From contig CBFHOE010000004.1 of assembly GCA_965657355.1 (NCBI GenBank), forward strand, positions 47,537 through 111,536: a stretch of 64,000 nt of DNA. Direction: 5' to 3'. Positions 58,605 to 64,000 of the stretch are shown here, piece after piece. Each line of letters starts with the position of its first letter. The first letter of the stretch is position 1. This DNA comes from Limisphaerales bacterium (GTDB taxonomy: Bacteria > Verrucomicrobiota > Verrucomicrobiia > Limisphaerales > JAJOIW01). Under the pieces are notes generated by a model that worked only from the letters and a program-made list of their open reading frames with translations, was not told the DNA's origin and made no database searches. Made by a program: the position numbers and the translations under genes.

Positions 58605-59902
58605 GGGACCTTCAAATGGATGAAACATTAAATCTCCTTGAAAAGTTTGAGTCTCCGAATGTCACCTTCATAGATAAATCAGGAGATTGGCCAATTGTTT
58701 GGGAGCAGGCTAGCGGATGCCACGTTTACGATAGCTCTGGCAAAGGTTACCTCGATTTAACCTCCGCATTTGGCGTGAGCGTGCTTGGCCATGCTCACCC
58801 GAAAATCGTAAAGGCCGGCCAGAACCAAATGGGCAAGTTGCTTCACGCCATGGGAGACGTGCACCCACACCAACTCAAAGCAAAACTTTGTCAGCAATTA
58901 AGCCATTGTACATTTGAGCGTTGGGGGAAGAACTTTCCGGGAAACCCTGCATGCCACGGGAGGACAATCCTTTGTAACTCTGGATTCGAAGCGGTTGAGG
59001 CCGCGCTTAAAACGGCTACCTTAGCAACAGGTAAAAGAGAAGTTTTAGCGATCGAAGGAGGTTATCATGGTCTCGGCTATGGGGCATTGATGGCAACCCA
59101 TAGGGACGATTTTAGGTCTCCTTTTATCGACCAAATTGGAGGCAAAAGCCATTGGCTGCCTTTTCCAGATAAATGTTCTAAATCTGAAGTCATTCTGGAT
59201 CAGGCCAGGAAATTATTCTCTCACAACCAAATTGGGGCAGTCATTCTTGAGCCTATGCAAGCGCGAGGCGGCATTAGGATTTTTCCAAAGGGGTTTCTTA
59301 GATCCTTGAAAGAGTTGGCCGATGAATTCGGAGTTCTCATGATTTGTGACGAAATATACACAGGATTTTGCAGGACAGGAAAGATGTTCGCCTGTGAATA
59401 CGAAGGTTTTCGGCCGGATATCATTTGTTTAGGGAAAGCTTTGACTGGTGGCTTTCCATTGTCTGCTTGTGTTGGTCGTCACGACATAATGGAATCTGCT
59501 TGGCCTCGATCCAATGGGGAGGCTATTCACACCAGTACTTTTCTCGGGCATCCTGTCGGATGTGCAATGGCTCTTGAGCAGATCCAGCAGCTCCACATTA
59601 TTGGAGCCGAAAAGGTCGTCTCAAAAAAAGGCGAATTTCTTAAGAAAATACTCCATGATACTTTTCCTGGCGAAAACTATCACGTCCGCGGCAAAGGTTT
59701 AATGATTGGGCTAGAAGTAAAATACGATGGCGGTAGTCGGGTTTGGGATGCCGTTCAGAGGTCTTTAAAGTCAGGATTCATTTTTTTACCCTGCGGGGCA
59801 CAAGGCAATATATTGGCATGGACTCCTCCGTTTATTATTAATGAGGACCAATTAATATCATCCGTTCAAATTGTTTCTGACATCCTTTTGGAAAAGCCTT
59901 GA
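58601..59902 (+). CDS. Class III PLP-dependent aminotransferase (ArgD/GabT-like)
   Basis: LGHAHP, NSGFEAVEAALK, YHG, EPMQARGG, DEIYTGFCRTG, LGKALTGG, STFLGHP. Confidence 0.92.
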   Translation: MRDLQMDETLNLLEKFESPNVTFIDKSGDWPIVWEQASGCHVYDSSGKGYLDLTSAFGVSVLGHAHPKIVKAGQNQMGKLLHAMGDVHPHQLKAKLCQQLSHCTFERWGKNFPGNPACHGRTILCNSGFEAVEAALKTATLATGKREVLAIEGGYHGLGYGALMATHRDDFRSPFIDQIGGKSHWLPFPDKCSKSEVILDQARKLFSHNQIGAVILEPMQARGGIRIFPKGFLRSLKELADEFGVLMICDEIYTGFCRTGKMFACEYEGFRPDIICLGKALTGGFPLSACVGRHDIMESAWPRSNGEAIHTSTFLGHPVGCAMALEQIQQLHIIGAEKVVSKKGEFLKKILHDTFPGENYHVRGKGLMIGLEVKYDGGSRVWDAVQRSLKSGFIFLPCGAQGNILAWTPPFIINEDQLISSVQIVSDILLEKP

Positions 59903-60041
59903 AAACAGGTGATTCCTTCGATAATTGCTCACACATATTTTTTCAACTAGTTATCTCTAAAGGGTTTGGCTAAAAAATCCGTATACATTGCAAAGGAAAA
60001 ATGACATTTTCCACGCATATAGTTCAGTAAAGGGCTCGTAG

Positions 60042-60851
60042 GTGTATCAGGATTACTATGGATTTGAGAAGTTGCCATTCGGAAATACTCCGAATTCGCA
60101 AACTATGTTTCTCACAAAACAACACCGAGAGGCGCTCAACCATATGCTTTACAGCATTGTTAATCGAAAAGGATTTATGCTCCTAACTGGAGAAATAGGG
60201 GCAGGAAAGTCAACAGTTTGTCGGGCAGCCCTTGATAGATTAAATGATGAATTTGAGACGGCTTGGATAGTTAATCCAAGCATACAAGGAACCAGTCTTT
60301 TTAAATGCATCGCGTCCGAATTTGGATTGCAAATCACGAATAAAGATCCGCTTGAGGTAATGCATGAGCTCAATCGCTTCCTCGTTAATATGTTTCTGGA
60401 AAATAAGATTCCATTATTGATCATCGATGAAGCTCAAAATCTTAGTCTTGAGAGCCTAGAACAGGTGAGATTGCTTTCCAACCTCGAGACTGCGCAAGAA
60501 AAGCTCTTGCAGATTGTTTTGGTAGGACAGCCTGAATTACGTGATAAAATTAATCACCCTTCATTAGTTCAGCTTAAGCAACGGATCCAAGTCAAATATC
60601 ATTTAACAAATCTCAATAAAGCAGAGCTTGAAGCGTATATTGAACATTTGGTAAAGATAGCTGCTCCCTCGCTAAAACCTACGTTCACTTCTCCTGCCTT
60701 ATCAAAAATTCATCGTTATACAAAAGGTATTCCGAGATTAATCAATTCCGTCTGCGATAAATCGCTGCTGGCGGGGTATGTTTACAAAAATCCTAAAATT
60801 AATCGTGACATGGTAAATCGAGCAATTAAGGAGATCTCTGGTATCGTTTAA
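60042..60851 (+). CDS. ExeA/GspA-family AAA ATPase (no peptidoglycan-binding domain)
   Basis: YYGFEKLPF, TGEIGAGKST, IIDEAQNL, LVGQPEL, GIPRLIN..CD. Confidence 0.92.
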   Translation: MYQDYYGFEKLPFGNTPNSQTMFLTKQHREALNHMLYSIVNRKGFMLLTGEIGAGKSTVCRAALDRLNDEFETAWIVNPSIQGTSLFKCIASEFGLQITNKDPLEVMHELNRFLVNMFLENKIPLLIIDEAQNLSLESLEQVRLLSNLETAQEKLLQIVLVGQPELRDKINHPSLVQLKQRIQVKYHLTNLNKAELEAYIEHLVKIAAPSLKPTFTSPALSKIHRYTKGIPRLINSVCDKSLLAGYVYKNPKINRDMVNRAIKEISGIV

Positions 60852-60871
60852 TTTCAGAATAAAAAAAATTC

Positions 60872-61072
60872 ATGAGCCAAGTTCAGGAAATGATCAAAGA
60901 CGCTGAGAAAAAAGATATCTCAGCAAAAACTCAGCCACAGCCAACTTCGTTAGGCATAGGATACGAGGGTGGGGCAAAGGACGATTCACCCAGTGTATGG
61001 GTTTTCTTGTTCGCCTCAATGTGCTTTTTGGCCTTGGGCCTTTTTCTTATATCAAAAGGTCTGTTGAACTAA
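60872..61072 (+). CDS. Small single-TM protein, possibly a minimal ExeB/GspB
   Basis: 66 aa, ATG 20 bp after exeA; MSQVQEMIKDAEKK amphipathic start and C-terminal TM helix. Confidence 0.6.
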   Translation: MSQVQEMIKDAEKKDISAKTQPQPTSLGIGYEGGAKDDSPSVWVFLFASMCFLALGLFLISKGLLN

Positions 61073-61222
61073 ACCTGTCATACAGGTGCTCAATTTTGGA
61101 AATCCGTGTAGCTGATACTGGTTGCTACACGGATTTTTTTAGTTTTAGGCGGTGCTATTTGAATATTATTGTGCGCTGGGTTGATTGTTGATGGCTTGTG
61201 TAATAAAAATACGCGTTAACAG

Positions 61223-63013
61223 ATGAAGGAAAGAAAAGAAATGTCTCCACTGGAGGAGCTCAGACACTCCACTGCTCATGTGCTAGCTGCAGCAGTACTC
61301 AGAATTTGGCCTGATACTAAACTTGATATCGGCCCGCCAACAAGCCAGGGGTTCTATTATGATTTCGACAAGAAAGAAAGATTTACAGAGGAGGATTTTG
61401 AAATAATTGAGGCTGAAATGGCTAAAATTATCAAAGAAAATCAGTCCTTCGAAAGAAAAGAAGTCACTCGTGAGGAGGCTATCCAATTTTTTGAGGAGAA
61501 GAATCAGCCCTTCAAGGTGAGTCGGGTCGGTGATATCCCTGAAGGTGAGCCCATTTCATTCTACCAAAACGGGGAGTTTGTCGATCTTTGTGCCGGAACG
61601 CATGTCAGATTTACCAAAAAGATAAAGGCTTTCAAATTGCTCAGTATTGCCGGGGCCTATCACAGAGGTGATGAAAATAATGCCCAACTTCAGAGGATTT
61701 ATGGCACGGCTTTTCCGAATAAAACGGAATTAAAAGAACATCTCACCCAAATCGAAGAGGCCAAAAAAAGAGATCATAGAAAAATAGGTAAAGAACTTGG
61801 ATTGTTCACATTCGACACCGATCAAGTAGGCCCTGGATTACCTTTATGGCTTCCAAAAGGGACGGCTATGGTCGAAGAATTGGAAAAACTAGCCAAAGAA
61901 ACTGAGTTTGATGCTGGATACGAAAGAGTGAGAACCCCTCATCTCGCAAAAGAATCACTCTACCTCACAAGTGGTCATTTGCCTTATTACAAAGAGTCGA
62001 TGTATCCGCCAATGGAATTTGAAGAGGATGAAGGTGGCGAAAAGGTCAAATATTACCTCAAGGCAATGAACTGCCCTCATCATCACAAAATATTTGATGC
62101 CGAACCCAGGAGTTATAGGGATTTACCGCTTCGCCTCGCTGAATATGGTGCTTGCTATAGATATGAGAAATCAGGCGAATTAATGGGACTGATGCGTGTC
62201 CGGTCCATGCAAATGAATGACGCTCACATATATTGCTCAGAAGATCAATTTGCGGACGAATTCCGGGCTGTGAATGATATGTATCTCAAGTATTTTAAGA
62301 TTTTTGGTGTCGAAAAATACCTCATGCGACTATCTACCCATGATCCGAAAAAATTAGGGAAAAAATTCGTTGATGAGCCTGAGCTCTGGAAAAAAACAGA
62401 AGACATGGTTCGCCAAGTTCTTGTCGACTCTGGAATCAATTTCGTTGAAGTCCCGAATGAAGCCGCTTTCTATGGACCAAAAATTGATGTCCAAGTGTGG
62501 AGTGCGATTGGAAGGGAATTCACTCTCGCTACGAATCAGGTTGATTTTGCTGTCCCCTCAAAATTTGGCCTTCAATATACAACCAGCGAGAATACGAAAG
62601 CGACGCCATTGTGTATCCACAGGGCTCCGCTCGGAACGCACGAAAGGTTTTTGGGATTTCTGATCGAGCATTTTGCAGGAGACTTCCCTTTGTGGCTGGC
62701 TCCAGAGCAAATAAGAGTGCTTCCTATTACTGATGAGCATGTGAGTTACTCCAAAAAAATCTATCAAAGTATCAGAGATCTCGGTTTCAGATGTCGCTTA
62801 GATGTTCATAAAGATTCCATCGGAGGCAAAATACGACGAGGAAGACACGATAGAATACCCTACCTGTTGATCGTTGGCGGTAAAGAAGTAGAAAGTAATA
62901 CCGTCACTGTGAGGTCTCGAAAAAATGGGGAGGAAGGCGCTATCAATGCAGATCAATTTATTGAACGGATAAAAGAAGAAAGGGACGAAAGAGCTTTAAC
63001 CGTCAACCTATAA
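61223..63013 (+). CDS. thrS: Threonyl-tRNA synthetase (short form without the TGS domain)
   Basis: LRHSTAH, DLCAGTH, RDHRKIG, KAMNCPHH, YRYE, AFYGPKID, IHRAPLG..ERF, FPLWLAPEQ. Confidence 0.98.
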   Translation: MKERKEMSPLEELRHSTAHVLAAAVLRIWPDTKLDIGPPTSQGFYYDFDKKERFTEEDFEIIEAEMAKIIKENQSFERKEVTREEAIQFFEEKNQPFKVSRVGDIPEGEPISFYQNGEFVDLCAGTHVRFTKKIKAFKLLSIAGAYHRGDENNAQLQRIYGTAFPNKTELKEHLTQIEEAKKRDHRKIGKELGLFTFDTDQVGPGLPLWLPKGTAMVEELEKLAKETEFDAGYERVRTPHLAKESLYLTSGHLPYYKESMYPPMEFEEDEGGEKVKYYLKAMNCPHHHKIFDAEPRSYRDLPLRLAEYGACYRYEKSGELMGLMRVRSMQMNDAHIYCSEDQFADEFRAVNDMYLKYFKIFGVEKYLMRLSTHDPKKLGKKFVDEPELWKKTEDMVRQVLVDSGINFVEVPNEAAFYGPKIDVQVWSAIGREFTLATNQVDFAVPSKFGLQYTTSENTKATPLCIHRAPLGTHERFLGFLIEHFAGDFPLWLAPEQIRVLPITDEHVSYSKKIYQSIRDLGFRCRLDVHKDSIGGKIRRGRHDRIPYLLIVGGKEVESNTVTVRSRKNGEEGAINADQFIERIKEERDERALTVNL

Positions 63014-63052
63014 TTAATTAGGCCTTGTCCCTGGATTGATTTGGTTTAAATA

Positions 63053-63739
63053 ATGCGATGGCTCCCCATATTTTTAATCCGGGTTTATCGAGTTTGCCTC
63101 TCTCCGATAAAAAAATTTTTCACTTTTGGTTACGGTGTTTGCAGGTTCCATCCTTCATGCTCTCAGTATGCCCTGGAATCCTTTCAGAAATATGGGGTGA
63201 TTTTAGGTTTTAAATTGACCTTGAAAAGATTGTCAAAGTGCCACCCTGCTGGTGGCTTTGGACTGGACCCTGTTCCGACTATTAAAATGATAGAAGATCA
63301 AAAGTGGATGAACCTGGCAATAAAACTTGCTCGAAAAGGAATTGGCAAAACGGACCCCAATCCTATCGTTGGTGCCGTCATAGTTTTCGAGAATACTCTA
63401 TTGGGCAGTGGGTATCACCAAAAAGCCGGGGCTCCGCATGCCGAGCCCAATGCCATAAAAGATGCGCTTGAGAGGGGGTTTTCTACGGAAGGAGCGACAA
63501 TCTACGTGACTCTAGAGCCATGTTCCACAACGGGAAAGACTCCCCCGTGCACCGAGGCCATAATCCAAGCCGGGATAAAAAGGGTCGTTATCGGCACTCA
63601 CGACCCAAATCCATTGCACAAAGGAAAAGCGAAATCTATTTTGCAGCGCTCCGGTATTGAGGTTGAATTTTCTACCGAACCGATCCAAACAACTTGCTTC
63701 AGACTAAATCCTCAATTTAACAAGTCTTTCTGCCCCTAG
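63053..63739 (+). CDS. In-frame fusion of YidD (membrane protein insertion efficiency factor) and a RibD-type pyrimidine deaminase domain
   Basis: aa 1-75: CRFHPSCSQY...KCHP..GG.G.DPVP (YidD). aa 79-228: PNPIVGAV, HAE, TLEPCS...TPPC, DPNP (RibD deaminase). No reductase domain. Confidence 0.8.
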   Translation: MRWLPIFLIRVYRVCLSPIKKFFTFGYGVCRFHPSCSQYALESFQKYGVILGFKLTLKRLSKCHPAGGFGLDPVPTIKMIEDQKWMNLAIKLARKGIGKTDPNPIVGAVIVFENTLLGSGYHQKAGAPHAEPNAIKDALERGFSTEGATIYVTLEPCSTTGKTPPCTEAIIQAGIKRVVIGTHDPNPLHKGKAKSILQRSGIEVEFSTEPIQTTCFRLNPQFNKSFCP

Positions 63740-63853
63740 ATGCCGAATTTTGATCCTTTTTTTCTTATTTCACCTAAATTAGCAAAAATTTTCGCCTAAA
63801 AGAAACAGCTCGGTTTTATTCGTGTATACTAGGTGTAAGTTACTATTAATTTA

Positions 63854-64000
63854 ATGTATTTGGTTACTAAAATACTCAAATATTCGTTCATTCGGAAGAT
63901 TCCCATTTTCCGGAGTTCGGCATACTCTGCAGTCATAATATCCCTTGCTTGTTTTGCATTACTTGGTTGCAAACCACCTTTTGGAAAAAACGGGCAAGAT
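63854..64000 (+). CDS. Probable lipoprotein, 5' fragment running off the right edge
   Basis: Open from ATG 63854: MYLVTKILKYSFIRKIPIFRSSAYSAVIISLACFALLGCKPPFGKNGQD; hydrophobic stretch ending in an LLGC lipobox. Confidence 0.5.
   Translation, partial: MYLVTKILKYSFIRKIPIFRSSAYSAVIISLACFALLGCKPPFGKNGQD

Noticed and set aside
61223..61400. ThrS lacking the N-terminal TGS domain; possible T-box upstream
   Set aside because: Short ThrS forms are common in bacteria, and no T-box consensus is seen in 61073-61222.
63740..63853. RibD reductase domain hidden by a frameshift
   Set aside because: All three forward frames hit stops quickly and none gives a KxAxSLDG-like motif.
1..64000. CRISPR arrays, tRNA/rRNA genes, IS elements, prophage or defence systems
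   Set aside because: No regularly spaced repeats, cloverleaf signatures, transposase/integrase or defence-domain motifs were seen by eye; a very divergent element could have been missed.

Overview
Gene-dense bacterial chromosomal segment of moderately low GC (roughly 40% by eye). Gene content points to a PVC-superphylum organism, most likely Verrucomicrobiota (inference): three large PVC-type beta-propeller redox proteins, paired DUF1080 genes, a sulfatase, a TroC-DtxR fusion and an LpxL-GT9 fusion. In order, it holds: mreB-mreC-mreD-mrdA (truncated at the left edge); a polar amino-acid ABC transporter; a long minus-strand run mntR / lpxL-GT9 fusion / msbA-like / wbpB-D-E-like / epimerase / DegT / sulfatase; a divergent Mn/Zn/Fe ABC operon; xth, glutaminyl cyclase, glutathione peroxidase, an SH3 protein and folD; a DUF2723(TMEM260-like)-TPR / GT4 / WecA-like trio; an exported thioredoxin-NHL protein; UDP-sugar genes; a DUF1080 / NRAMP-like / large glycosidase-like cluster; queE, a class III aminotransferase, exeA, thrS and an in-frame YidD-RibD(deaminase) fusion. 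Three genes carry single frameshifts (wbpB-like, ugd, HAD), which could be assembly errors or real lesions. I saw no rRNA, tRNA, CRISPR array, transposase, integrase or phage gene. Best leads: a possible Q-rule (Gln at +1 of exported proteins, with an exported glutaminyl cyclase), the degenerate TMEM260-like glycosylation operon, the YidD-RibD fusion, two structured non-coding regions (49765-50055 and 54135-54257) and an azurin-terminated PVC dehydrogenase. All family assignments come from motif recognition by eye, not database searches.
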